DNA from: Gekko japonicus | Taxonomy: Eukaryota | Assembly (NCBI RefSeq): GCF_001447785.1 | Contig: NW_015168053.1 | Coordinates: 609,308-666,999, forward strand | Direction: 5' to 3' | DNA: 57,692 nucleotides | In this document: positions 38,051 to 50,639 of the stretch, piece after piece | Position numbering within the stretch: position 1 is the first letter of the stretch | Layout: each line of letters begins with the position of its first letter | Notes under the pieces: generated by a model | What the model saw: the letters and a program-made list of their open reading frames with translations, nothing else | The model's database searches: none | What the model was told of the DNA's origin: nothing | Translations under genes and position numbers: made by a program

Positions 38051-39109
38051 CGCCCTGAGAAGGAGGATGGGATATGACCGTCTCAGACGAAGTTACCCTC
38101 CTGTGCAATAACGTTGTATGCATGTGGAACACTGAAGGCGCTGTCCTAAGTATTATGCTGTGACTGCTCCTGTGGAAGAACTAAGGCCAACATGGCTCAC
38201 TTGGAACAGGAGCTGTGAAAACTAATGCTATTGCCAAAATGTGTACACAGACAGGATGAAGCAGAAGGATTTGGGTTGGGTCATATGGTTGAGACACAAA
38301 CAGTGAACAGTATCTTTAACAGCAAGTATGAGAGCTGAAATGGTAGATGAGAAGGTTGGGTTATGCCTTCCAGTGAAGGATTCTGGGATTAATATCAACA
38401 CTAGCTCACTTCCTTTGGCAGCAACTGAGCAGCCTCAATCCAGTTTGGTGTAGTGTTTAAGAGCGGTGGACTCTGGAGAACCAAGTATGATTCTCCCCCC
38501 CCACACACACACATGCAGCCAGCTGGGTGACCTTGGGTCAGTTACAGTTCTCTCAAGAGCAGCTCTCTCAGCCCCACCTACCTCACAGGGTGTCTGTTGT
38601 GGGGAGGGGAAGGGAAGGAGATCAAAAAAAAATGCCAGCCAGGAGCTTGGAAGAAGCCGGCAAGAATTAGAGGCCAGCTCATTCCTGCACGGTTCTGTCT
38701 TGCTCCTGTGTAAAATGGCTTGAGGTTGGAGGGGGAAAGAAATAAAACAACATTTTGTAGCCGGCAGCTGTTAGGAGTGATCCCTGGGTGCAAAATAGGA
38801 GCTGGGATGGAAAAAAGACTGGAAGGGAGGATTTCCCTGGGGAAAGACCGATGCCTAGAGAGTTACTGCAGGTGACAATTGGGGAAGGGGGTCAGGATTC
38901 TAGCAGGGGAGCAGGTGGAGAGCAGGTATTGGGGGAGCCCGGAGGGCTGGTTCCCATTCATGGACCTCCAACGCTGGTTTCCAATAGTGGGGCGAACGAA
39001 CAACAAAAGAGAGAGTCTTGTGTCACTTCCCCGATCTCCAGGACCCCAGGGAGCGCTCCAACTTGTGGGCTTTGCCGACCTCTAGCGGCCACCCCTTGCC
39101 TCAGCCCCA

Positions 39110-39494
39110 TCACTCCTGCCGCAGGGGGTTCTGCACAGCTCCATCTTTGCCTTTTGGAGAGCCGCCCCGGTCCCTCTGGCCTTCCAACAGCTTCCCTAGG
39201 AGGAAGAAGGCCACGGCCCCCACGTGGATGCAGTAAAAGATGGCGCTCCAGTAGCGGACGGTGTCCTCAAAGGTCAGCAGCACGAAGCCCATGCACATGT
39301 AGTCGTAGGCCCGCATCTTCAAGAACCACTGCACCCAGTCCCCGAAGAGACGCCCCGCGGGGGAGAGGCGCTTCAAGAGGCCGCTCTCCATCGCACCTTC
39401 AGCCGCCAGGCAGAGCGGGATGGTCAGGAAGCTGAGGTAATAGCCAGGGTGAATCCCGTGCCAGTAGGCAGAGATCAGCATCGTCCAGGCGCTC
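39110..39494 (-). CDS. MBOAT7: MBOAT7 last coding exon (SAWTMLISAYWHG...NPLRQE*)
   Basis: ccacag acceptor; TGA at 39112-39110. Confidence 0.95.
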
Positions 39495-42400
39495 CTGTGG
39501 AGAAAGAAAGGAGACAGCCCTGAAACCCTTCCTTCCTGCCAACCCACAGATCACCAGAATCCTTCACTAGATCCCTTGCACCTTTCCTTCATCAGTCCCT
39601 AACACTCTCTCTGTTGCCTTTATCGATCAGCCCCACAATTGCCCCTCTCCAGCCAAACCCAGGGATCTTTCAAAGATGCTTCTCTTTCAAAGACAGTGGG
39701 GCTCTTGCCCATTCCATCGTTCCAGGGAATTTCTTGCCACAAAGTGAAGCAGCCTACCAACCCCCCACTTGTCTTACATCACTTCCTGTCGGTTTCATGG
39801 CAACCACCAACCAGAGGTCATTTCCGGGGAGATCGCAGTTCCCCCGGTGAGGTACGGGGGGCGGGGCACATGATGAAGCCCCGCCCCCTGCTTCCGGCCG
39901 CCCCGCTTCCAGCCCTCATTCAGCCAGGAGGAGGCAGGAGAAGAGGGAGGGTAAGTTGCTTCCTCCCTGCCTCTCCCATGGGGCTCAGCAGTGGAGCTGC
40001 AAGGCCGCCGGCGGCCAGGACCATTGGGGGCGGGGTGTGCGGCCTTATGACACACTTCTGGTGATGTCAGGGGGTGTGGCATATGCTAATGAGTTATGCT
40101 AATGAGTTCCCCTAGCTCTTTTTCTACGAAACGACCCCGCCGCCAACCATTTCAGAAGTGGTCACCATGTCCCTTATGAGGAACAGAAAGTTTTGTGGAT
40201 TCCCTCTTTTTCGATTTCCTGTCTTCCCACTCTCCATTATGATTCACCTTCACTTCTCTCCGTGCAAGCTTACTGTTCACCCCCCCCCCCATTCCAGCTA
40301 TTCAGTCTCCGTTTTACTCATTTTGGACAAAATGAATCCATCATGCCCTTCCATTTCATCTTTCTACCGACCAACCACTTCCCTTTTCCCACCTATCCCA
40401 GAATTAGCTTCATTGTACTACTCAAACTAGCCTTCCCCCCCTCCTTTTTTGGTCTGTAACTCACTCGCTGTACACTCCCTTGCATAATCCTCAGCTACAC
40501 ACTCCTGCCAAGTCTCGATCGCTCCCAGAATTCTGTTGGCCAGCATTCAAATCAACTCACAATCCTTTCTAACCACTCCAATAAGGAGGTTCTTCACACT
40601 CTGGAGCTGATACGGAAGCAACCTACTGTAGAACTTTACAATTCACCCTTCCTCAAAGCCCACTCCCCAGCTGGCCTGCAAGAGACTTTCTTCTCCCTTT
40701 TAAAAATCGTCCTGTATCCTTTGCCCTCCCAATGGCAACTGAGCTCCACCCCACCCCGTAGAATTCTTCTTACCTCATAACATAGGAACGGACTGGCGCA
40801 CTTTTATAGATGTACTGAGCCAGCCACCACTGTACAGTCATGTTCCAATAGCGCATGCCATCCTTTACTTTGACGCAGAAGTCCGTGCCATGTGGGTCGA
40901 TGTTCTTAATCGTCTCATAGTCATAGGTGATGCTCGACACCTCCCCGTCAGCTGGTCTACTTGGAGGAAAAAGGATGGGGGGGGAGAATCTTCATGTTTT
41001 TGTATCCTTCTCTATTGACTACTTCAGTGCCATATACATGACTGCCCTTGATGACGGTTCAGAATCTTTAAAACCCTTCATAGCTGAGCATGCGCCTTGC
41101 TCCATGTGCGTCCTCCAGTTCCGCCAAAATCTGCCAGATCTAAACTGTATAGGAAGTGCTCAGGAGGGTTTCTATTTACCTAGCTGTTCAATCGATTTTT
41201 ATGGATAGTTAGATCGATGGCTCTCTCACTTTCTCAGGCTGGTGCTGCATAATGGACTGCTTATTTACTCTCTCCTAAGCCACTCTGAGCTCACGTGGAA
41301 CGGACTAGATTACATTTGCCCCCTGCCTTTACCTGGAGCATGTGGTGTGGCCTGCTATGGTTCAGTCATCTGCCATTCATGTTCTGCTCTCTGCATGTTG
41401 TTCAGCAAGTTAAATCAGTGGACGTGCCACAACTCTGACTGTTGCTCTTTTCACTATTGTTCAGAACTTTAGCCAAAGCTGTAAAATGCAAGGGACATAA
41501 GCCCCTCTTTCGAAAAGAACACTACATGTACGACATGTTGTGGCGCCAGAGAGCTGGTGCCTGCTAAGAGACCCTGCTGTGTAGACACATCTTTTGTAAC
41601 CTGCAAAAATGCAAGGGACATAAGCCCCTCTTTCTAAAAGAACACTACATGTAAGACATGTTGCGCCAGAGAGCTGGTGCCTGCTAAGAGACCCTGCTGT
41701 GTAGACACATCTTTTGTAACCTACATTGACAGACGGAGTACTAGACTAGGAGACTCAAGTTCAAATCCTCACCTGGCTGAGAAAGCTCACTGGGTAACCT
41801 TGGACCAGTCGCCTTTTCTCAACCTAACCTACTTTGCAAGGTTGTTGTGTGGATGATAAGGGGGAAGGCATATATGCCTAATAAAAGCTCCCTAAAGGAA
41901 GGGTGGGGGGAAAACATGGTATCAGGTTCCAGAGCAGGCAGAATGAGTGAGTATGTGTGTCTATGTGTAAAGAGCTTATGGCCACGCCAGCAAGGGGCTT
42001 TCAAGGCAAGTGAGAAGCAGAGGTGGCTTGCCATTGCAGAGTCTTTCTTGGAGGTCTCCCTTCCAAGTACAGACCCTGCTTAGCTTCCGAGATCTGAGGA
42101 GACCATGCTGCCTTCCCTCCCTTGAGTGAGTATAGGATCGACTGATTCGTTTTGCATATTTTACGGGCAGAATTTGACCACACCTAGGTGTTTGCATTTC
42201 ATTACCCACAATCCTGTGAGACAGCAAGGGGTTACGCCCTGGCATCACTAGAGTGGAAAGGCTGCAAATTCCACAACACTCCTCTAAACGACTTCACACT
42301 GGCTACAGGGCCTCTCCCCAGAAACAGAACATCTCCGTGACTCACCTGCTGAGAGGCTCATATTCCACGGTGGGGCCCCCGCCTGACCGGGACTTGGCAG

Positions 42401-45210
42401 CAACCGGATAAGCCCCAAAGGCAGCCGCGATACAAGCGCATTCGGCACACAGCCAGGCCACGTAGAAACGCATGCGGAAGACGAAAAAGATGGGCATCAT
42501 GTAGAAGAGGCGGAAAGGAAGTCCTCGTTCGTAGAAGGCGTCGCTTCGGACGTAGTCAAGGGGAAAGAAGTGAGAGACCACCAGGAAAGCCACCCCGAAG
42601 ATGGGAATCATTTTAGATCTGGAAAGCAGAGGTTGCCAGCTGGGGATAGCTGAGGAGTCGGGCTGGTTCAGCCAGTCATAGTGAGTGCCGTAGCGATAAA
42701 ACGGTCCTGGGTACAAGAACAAAGGCAGACTCAGACCACAGTCCCAATCAGGGGACACAATCGTACATTTTAGTAACCTGGCAGTCTGTGTCACTTGGGC
42801 CCAGGGGAATAGTCCCAAATGCCCAGGAGCCCAGTCCTAGGTCTTTTGGAAAGAGTCCGGCAGACAGCCAAAACCTCTTGGATTTCAGTTTTCACTGTCA
42901 ACTGCTGATGCCAACGTTTGCAGCAGAACTATTTCAAAATGCATAGCTGTTTTCAGGATGCAACAATTAAAAGCCACTGTACAAACTGGAGAACACAAAG
43001 ACAACACAACAGGAATGACAGGAGGCAAAGAAAACAGAAAGGTGGTTGCACACACACATGCACACACACAGAAAATACGACCCAAACAAAAGGCAGAGAG
43101 AGACAGGCACAGCAGAGGGCAAACATGAAATTCTGATTCTTCTCTTCTTTTGATCTGCCATCATTCATGGCCTTCCGAAAGAAGCCGAAACAGAAAACAG
43201 TAAAACCCGGGGATGCTCTCTTCCACTGCAAGAGGTTACAGGACACGGACATTCAGTTGACCAAAGTGGTCACATGATTCACACAACAAAACAAGCCAAC
43301 ATGGCTGTCAAAGGCAAAGTTTGGACACACATACACACATTTTGCCCTGCCCTTTTAGGTAACTTAAGTACCTGTCATGAGTCCCACATAGCAATAGCTG
43401 TAGCACAGTATCTCCACCAGTCCTGGCATTTTGGGGATCATGCCAATCACAGAAGACTTGGTAAACGATGCTACTTCCTGCTTCTTTGCTTGGGTGAATT
43501 CTTGCACTTCATTGGCCAAACTCACCATCTGGGAAACACAGAGATTACCATGGAAAATGGAACTTCCTAGAGAGGCCCTTCCCACCCCCTTCCACAACAC
43601 ATTCGGCTACCTTGAGAGTGAGCAAGAGTTGTATGGCATTGGTGTATGGCGTTGGGTCTGGGAAACGGAAGAATGCAACAGTACGAAAAAAGAGCAGGTA
43701 AGAAAATGTCCAGCCGAGCGTCAGGTAGTGGCAAGACCTAGAGTGGAAAGAGAGGAGCCATCAATAGAAACTATTGTTTCCCATTCTCTACTCCCACGCA
43801 AAAAGTGTCCATTTCTCATTAACAATTATCTCCAGCTGCAAGACCCTCCCCCCCAACTCCAGTTTTCAGATGAGTCCAGACGCTTGGCCCTGTGTGCCAA
43901 CTCACTGGAATGGCTCCTCTCTCTAAAGACCACCCAATACTTCTCCTTTGTTTGATCTCAGCAGGCCTCACAACTAGGAGACCAAGGAGTCCCAGTTCCC
44001 TGCATCCAAATTTTGTTTCCTGAGTCCCAGAAATTCAGACCACTTGGTGGCTCTCAGAATCCCTTGCAAGAGCCCAAACAACATCCCCCCGCCCCTAGAA
44101 AGCCAACATGTCCTGGCTCCTCCCAATCTCCACTTCCACACTCAAGGCTTCCCAGCCTACCAAGAGAAGCTGGAGCATCCACAGCCCCCGCTGTAGTCCA
44201 CCGCACAGAGTACGACATGTTCCTTTACCTGGGAGAGAGACTGATGATAAGCCACGTCCCAAGAATGGTGACTAGTGAGTGGAGGGCGTGGATGTGGCAG
44301 GTAGCCAGCACAAGCAAAAGCCCTGCAGCTGCCCCTCCAAACTTCTTGGTCCTCAGTCCTGTGGGGAAGGAAATGAACAACTCTGATGCAGTCAGGTACA
44401 TACAAGCATTTACACACACACAAATGGCAAGTACCCCCCCTTTTTAGTGAACAAATACAGGCACACATCATGGACCACTATGGATCCAAATTCATGCCTT
44501 TCGGGACACAAACACAAGCTTCCAAACTGAATCCAAGGAACAAAGAACGGCCCTGAAGGAAGTCACAACCCCCACCCCACAGTGCATTATTAAAAAACAA
44601 AATGGTTTTGTTTCTCCCTTTAAAAAGGCACTGATCAATGTTTAACTAGCTAAACATGTCAGGAATTTAAGCCTGCTCAAACTGGGTGGGGGGGACACGA
44701 CAAAAAGATCCATCAAATGAGGTGGGAACTGTAGAAGAATAGCTGAGGGCAGGGAGAAGCAGGGCTCCCCACCCCCCCCAGCAAAAAAACAACAACACAC
44801 CAGCTCCCGGAGGGCAGGAGGGAGCGATACCTGTCTTCAAGCTACTGAGTTCTCACGACTGCTGATCAATACAATGGCCTTGGCAGGAATTTAACTCTGG
44901 TTCTGAATGTCTGGTGGATTAAGCAGAGCTTCCACCCCAGCAGTTCTGCTTTCTTGACACCCCAACCCTCCAACCAACTAAACATTCTTACATCTTTGTG
45001 ACGGCACCAAGACTTAACCCACGTCTCAGTTCCCTGCGAGTCCCTCTCAAGGTCGGGACCAGGCAACCCCCCTGCTGTGGTGAGGCAAGGTTTTCCTTCT
45101 CCCCATGTAGACAACCCCCAGGTCTAGCGCTCACCCCCTTTTTTGAAGAGAAAACCAATAGGGATGGAGATGAGAAGCACAGTCAAGTAGGTTATTTCTT
45201 CAGGTGACAT
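39110..45210 (-). CDS. MBOAT7: Lysophosphatidylinositol acyltransferase MBOAT7 (LPIAT1), 7 coding exons, 472 aa
   Basis: complement(join(39110..39494,40774..40956,42346..42706,43372..43528,43611..43737,44229..44358,45135..45210)). MSPEEITYL start; conserved YWNMTVQWWLAQYIY and SAYWHG catalytic motifs. Confidence 0.96.
39812..40139. mobile_element. hAT-type MITE with 8-bp TSD (ccaccaac/ccgccaac)
   Basis: Sister of 29372-29801, lacking an internal ~90-bp segment. Confidence 0.8.
40774..40956 (-). CDS. MBOAT7: MBOAT7 exon (PADGEVSSITYDYETIKNID...YWNMTVQWW...SYVM)
   Basis: aagtag tandem acceptor, AG|gtaaga donor. Confidence 0.93.
41483..41722. repeat. ~123-bp tandem duplication
   Basis: aaaatgcaagggacataagcccctcttt...cttttgtaacct occurs twice. 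Confidence 0.9.
42346..42706 (-). CDS. MBOAT7: MBOAT7 exon (GPFYRYGTH...FRMRFYVAW...EPLS)
   Basis: acccag acceptor, AG|gtgagt donor. Confidence 0.95.
43372..43528 (-). CDS. MBOAT7: MBOAT7 exon (MVSLANEVQ...YCYVGLMT)
   Basis: tcccag acceptor, G|gtactt donor. Confidence 0.94.
43611..43737 (-). CDS. MBOAT7: MBOAT7 exon (SCHYLTLGWTFSYLLFFR...QLLLTLK)
   Basis: ctctag acceptor, AAG|gtagcc donor. Confidence 0.94.
44229..44358 (-). CDS. MBOAT7: MBOAT7 exon (GLRTKKFGG...SLSPR)
   Basis: ccacag acceptor, AG|gtaaag donor. Confidence 0.93.
45135..45210 (-). CDS. MBOAT7: MBOAT7 first coding exon (MSPEEITYLTVLLISIPIGFLFKKG)
   Basis: gcagccATG; G|gtgagc donor; exon acceptor at ~45252. Confidence 0.93.
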
Positions 45211-45485
45211 GGCTGCTGGCGGATCTTCCCCAAGTCAGAAAAGGCTGGATTCTGGAGGGTGGACAGAGAGGGAAAAAATGGGTGAGTCTGTGAAGACGGT
45301 ATAGGTTAAAAGCAGGAAATCCAGGACTCTTGGGCAACGTTAAAAGCAGGAAATCCAGGACTCTTGGGTCAAAAAGCCTGGGGGGACCCCACAGTCAACA
45401 CGAAAGGATGCTGAAATTTCATGTGTTCCAGCGAGGGATCCTAACATGAATTAGGTCTGGTCAGTTATAGCAAGCAGAGGGCTAG

Positions 45486-45732
45486 GTAAAGGTAAAGGTT
45501 CCCTTGCTCGGAAGCCAGTCGAGTCCGACTCTAGGGTTGCGGTGCTCATCTCCGTTTCAAAGCCGAAGAGCCAGCGCTGTCCGAAGACATTTCCGTGGTC
45601 ATGTGGCCGGCATGACTAAACACCAAGGCGCACGGAACGCTGTTACCTTCCCACCAACGCAGTACCTATTTATCTACTTGCAATTTCTTGCTTTCGAACT
45701 GCTAGGTTGGCAGGAGCTGGAACGAGAGACGG
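45486..45732 (-). mobile_element. Sauria SINE, 5'-truncated; partial duplicate at 45950-46112
   Basis: aaaggtaaaggttcccttgctc tail; reverse complement of 346-683. Confidence 0.85.
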
Positions 45733-47506
45733 GATAAATTAGTCTGCTCTGGAGCCCTCCTTCCTGAGCTAAGACAAAAATGTGTGAGCCGGAGGCTAAT
45801 AATCTGTGAGCTAGCTCACACCAACTCAGCTTAGAGGGAACTATGCCTGGGACCCCAGAGTCAACACGAAAGGATGCTGACATTTCATGTGTTCCAGCGA
45901 GGGATCCTGACATGAATGAGGTCTGGTCAGTTATAGCAAGCAGAGGGCTAGGTAATGGTAAAGGTTCCCTTGCTCGAAAGCCAGTCGAGTCCGACTCTAG
46001 GGTTGTGGTGCTCATCTCCATTTCAAAGAGCCAGCGCTGTCTGAAGACATTTCCGTGGTCATGTGGCCGTCATGACTAAACACCAAGGCGCACGGAACGC
46101 TGTTACCTTCCGCAGCTCCTAAGCAGAGTGACCTGTAATACTGGATTTCTAAGGGTAGCATCCAGAAGGTCAGAGTTGGGGCTTATAGCCAGAAGTCCAA
46201 GTCTACATATAGTTTCCCACCTTTTAACCCCAACAACCTCAAATTAGGGTTGCCAGCCACCCCCACCCCCATGTCTTCAACACCTGCCTGACCCATGAAA
46301 ACACAAGAGGTGATGGTTTATCCATATCATTTCAGCTTCAGGCCAGGAAAAAGAGTTCCTGTCAGAATTTCTGCCTGTCTGGCAGCGACTAAGGCATCAG
46401 AGCTCTGCCAGGAAAAGAAGCTGGCAACTCTACTTTGGACAAGAATCCGCACACAAAACATGATAAGGCAGAAGAGTCTACCCTTTGACAAGGATGGTCC
46501 TAGCGTGCCAAGAAGGGATGGATTTGTGCTGCCTCAAGCCCCTCAGGAGTTCTTCCAAGAGCTGAAAGTGGACTAATAGGATACAGCAGGAGTAAGGAAA
46601 GCAACTCTACGTGTCCTTGTTTACTGAGGAAGAAAAGGGAGTAGATATGCAACCGGGGAAGTTGTGCAAAGATTTCACAGACAGGATTGCCAAATGCGGT
46701 GCCTTTAAGAGAAGTTTACGCAGCCAAGAAGCCACAACTGGTGAAAATCCCTCTTGAAGGTACAGCTGCTCCTCCCTTCTTAAGTCCCAATTTCTACATT
46801 AAATCTGTGAAAACAGATCACAATTTATCCCCCCCTGGTGAACAGTGTCCTGTAGCCAATCACACCCAGTTCCAGTTCCACTCTCGCACAAACATCCCCG
46901 CCCCCACACAACTTTCTCCCAGTGGCCTTTGCCAATGTCCTTGTCTCTTTAATCCCCCGCTGTCTCACTACCCAGGCTTTCTATATTTAAGTAGAAATCC
47001 TTGGGCCAGATTAAGGGAGGGGAACCAAGGGCCTTTAGATACAGCAAGCACTGCTGCAAAGAACCCAGGAATCCTGATCCCCAGGCATCCCCGCGGGCTC
47101 CCCCCCCCAATGAATTCATCTACCACCACTGACTACGTGAACGTTAAAACATGTAAACAAACAGTGATGAGAACTTCATGGTGCAGTTCAGCTTCCTACA
47201 ATGAAACATATTCTGTGAAATGATAAAGAAAGCTTCGTACTGGTACTGAGAGATGCTACAATAAAATCCTTGCTGAAAATAACGGGCACCACAATTGATA
47301 TTTCCAGGCGCCGTGGCAACCTGGGGGTTTGCCGAAGCCTGACTTATTCATCTGGTTTTATATGCATCCAGAGTGCCTTCTTTAATCTGCGCCACTGCCA
47401 CCCTCACACTTTCCCCAATGTTAAAACATCAGAGATCTGTAGGCCAGACATCTGCGGCTCTGCCATATTAGCACTGCACACGTAGCTGCTCTGTACGGGT
47501 AGCAGC

Positions 47507-47705
47507 TAATGTTCCCCCAAAGCTGTGGAGTCTTGTGAGCAAAAATTCTACTTTGTGAGCTACTGGCATTAAAGTTGGGAGCGAACGATTTGGCTACTGC
47601 ATAAATTAGTTTGCTCTGGAGCCATCCTTCCTGAGCTAAGGCAAAAATGTGTGAGCTGGAGGCTAAAAAACTGTGAGCTAGCAACTCAGCTTAGAGGTAA
47701 CACTG
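47507..47705 (+). mobile_element. hAT-type MITE with perfect 8-bp TSD gtagcagc
   Basis: taatgttccc..aagctg ... cagcttagaggtaacactg; partial copies at 34555-34706, 35174-35267, 45735-45842. Confidence 0.78.
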
Positions 47706-47865
47706 GTAGCAGCCCAATTTGAACAAGACACTGAGGGCATGCAAAATCGCACAGGTAGGTTCCCCTTGCCTATCAGAGTCGCATTTAAATCAGGCCTATT
47801 TCATTGGTGAGTAGTGGGCAGGTACAAGCACTGATAAGCTCAGCACTGTAGAACAAAGCCAAGAA

Positions 47866-48001
47866 AGGTAAAGGTTCCAGGAGCTGGAACTAGAGATGGG
47901 AGCTCACTCCATCATGCGGCACCCAGGTCTCGAACTGCTGAACTACTGACCTTCCACAGCTTGTAGTTCAGCGTCTTAACCACTTGAGCCACCGCAGCTC
48001 C
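47866..48001 (-). mobile_element. Internally deleted Sauria SINE
   Basis: tRNA head joined directly to the ACCTTT tail. Confidence 0.75.
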
Positions 48002-48849
48002 AAGCCAAGGAAACAAAGCTACAAAACCAGAGGACGGAAAGAAGGGGGGGGGAGAGAGGGGATAGGTAGGAGGCAAAGAGACCTGTGAACATAGACAACT
48101 GTTTTATGTAGTCACACCTTTGATCTATCAAGGTCAGTCTTATCTATTCTGACTGGCAGCAGCTCTTCAGGGTCTCAGGTCGAGGTCTTTCACATCACCT
48201 GTTACCTGATCCTTTAAACTGGAGACCTTCTGCCGGAATACAAAGCAGATGTTCTACAGCTGATCCCTCGTAGGGTGGGAAAAGTGAAACAGAAGGGGCC
48301 AAAATGGGAAAGTAGAGAAAGAGAAAGCACTGAGGGGTGCAGAGAAAGAGGCCTGTGGGGTTAAGGAAGAAGGAATAGTCAAGAGATGGAATGACAGAGG
48401 TTTAGTAGGATGGGAAGACAAAATGGAACGACTAAACTGGACCAAAAGACAGAAGATGATGGCGTGGATCTAACCATCCTCTAAGTTGTCTCCTTCCAGC
48501 TTGCGTCTCTTCCTCTAAAGGAACGATTTAAGTTGGAGAAGGCTTCATGATTGAGCCAAATGAAAAGATGGGAGGAAGTTTGTTCATTGGAGTAGTAGGA
48601 TCCGCCCTGATGTATATTACTGTGGGGTAGACTTCCAGGGAGGGAAGAGTAAAGAGAGAATTTTGTGTGATGCTTGAAGAGCTGATTTTTTTTAAGACTA
48701 GGAACTCCTCTTTGAAGTGTTGATTGAACCTCAAGGCCCTCACTGAATGTCTGCCTAATACCATATTTACTCAAAAGGAAGATGAATCTGAATGCAAGAT
48801 GATGACTCCCTTAAAATATTATACATATGAAAAATTATTATTGGACATC

Positions 48850-49920
48850 CCACAACTTTTTAATCTTTTTATAAATGATATGGTCTCTTTCTTGGAGGAC
48901 ATAGATGGCCACAGTCCCAAACTTGGGTCGATCCACGTTCCACTGCTTTTATATGCAGACGATGCAGTGTTACTTTCCCTTTCACAAATTGGAATGAAAC
49001 GGCTATTATCACACTTCTATGAATGCTGTGAACTAAACAGATTGACCTTGAACGTTGAGAAATCAAAAATCATGGCTTTTGGAAAAGCGTGGAAACCCTC
49101 AATATGGAATATAAGAGGCAACTGGATCGAACATGTTAAAAGTTTTAGATACCTAAGAATACGTTTCCGTTATAGAGCCAGTTGGGTTCCTCATAGCAGG
49201 GAAGCGATAAAAGCTGTGGACTGCAACGTACTTGCACTTATCCGTTTTTATTTTACCAAGGGTAATCAATATGTTCCTGCAGCTATTAGAGCATTCAGTC
49301 ATAAGATTAGTGCAAAATTGCTTTATGGAGTACCTATTTGGATCAAGGCCTTCAATAAGGAAGTGGAAAGAATACAATCTGACTTCCTTCGAAAAATACT
49401 GGGCCTGCCCATGTGTGTGCCTTATGCGGCCATCTGCCTGGAGACTAATCAAAGTCTCCTTGAAACTAAAGCATGGACATGGATTAATACAATCAAATTT
49501 CGGCTACATCTACATTTTAAGAATAATAATGGTAGCCTTATTTTTCACATGCTGACGGAGTCTCAGTCCTCAATGTGGTTAAACCACATAGAAAAGAAAA
49601 TCAATTCAATGGGGATCAGTATTGACGATTTATCCTCCCTTACCGAAAGTTCAGCCTTTGCACAGATCAAACAAAGACTCCTTGACATCGAGATGCAGGA
49701 TCTTAGGAGCCTTGCTAAAAGTAGATGTAGCTTGGGGATTTTACCCTATGGGTATATGCCAGAGTATTTAACCTGTTTAACAGCCCCGCACTATCGAAAC
49801 TGTGGCCAAATTTGTGTACCTTGCAGCTAGGAAGCGAGCAATGTAGGGCCTTGGCTGTTCAGACTGTTTCCTCCCTGTTATAATTCGGTTGTTATGCCAA
49901 TAAAGGTTGTTTGTTTATCG
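48850..49920 (+). mobile_element. 5'-truncated non-LTR retrotransposon (LINE) reverse-transcriptase remnant, antisense in MBOAT7 intron 1
   Basis: PQLFNLFINDM, LLYADDAVLL, LTLNVEKSKIMAF and IEHVKSFRYL RT motifs in ORF 48724..49830; 3' end gccaataaagg + (TTTG)n. Confidence 0.88.
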
Positions 49921-50639
49921 GACATAACTGAAACATGCACGCAAATGCAAGATGACTTCCTTTTTTTGATGACATACCTTTTGCATTTAAGTCTTGCATT
50001 TGAGTAAATACTGTGAATACTTAGCAAAGACATTTCTAGAAAACATAACAACAACAGTGTTTTAACCATTGCCAGACTCTGTCTCAATCTCTTCCCAATC
50101 CAGTGAAAGCTTAAGTTTGCAGCTGGGCTTTAAGGTTTAACCAAACTGAGAGTGCTCCAGGGTAAGTGCTGGGGAATGATTTTTTGGAAAGCAACCGATC
50201 CTAAAACTGAAACATAATTAAAATCCTGAGGATTCTTTTTAATAGCAGGGGCAGGAGTTCTCTGACCTGAAGAAGAAAAAAGGAACTCGCAATGAAATCC
50301 AGGGGGGGTCTATACATGACGGTGTGGAAACTGCAACACAAATACCTTTCTTCTCGAGCTGAGGCCCTCACAGTGCTTGAGTCATGCACTACCGGTCTAA
50401 TAGTCTAGAGGCTGTACATCAACTATTGATCTTCCCAGCCACCCACTGAATACTAGAATTCCTGGACCAACCAGACCTACACAGATATTTCACCCCACCC
50501 CAAAGAAAACGAGAGCCACACCGAGGCAGAGTTGTGGGGCTACCCGAAAACTTGCACTCAGTTGTGACACTTTGGCTGATACTAATAAGGCACGTGTGTT
50601 TTAGGGCCATACAGTTTCCCTTCCTCCTCGGTCTCCTCT

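Noticed and set aside
38788-39435. 215-aa plus-strand ORF (also 9663..10235 and 43431..43955)
   Set aside because: Antisense shadows of real MBOAT7 or LENG1 exons in GC-rich sequence.
38246-46690. Short shared words (cacagacaggat, agagctgaaa) between blocks at ~38250-38340 and ~46560-46690
   Set aside because: Order is not collinear, and 10-12-mers are expected by chance in 58 kb.
46687-47223. 178-aa ORF in MBOAT7 intron 1
   Set aside because: Non-ATG start, no domain and no splice support.
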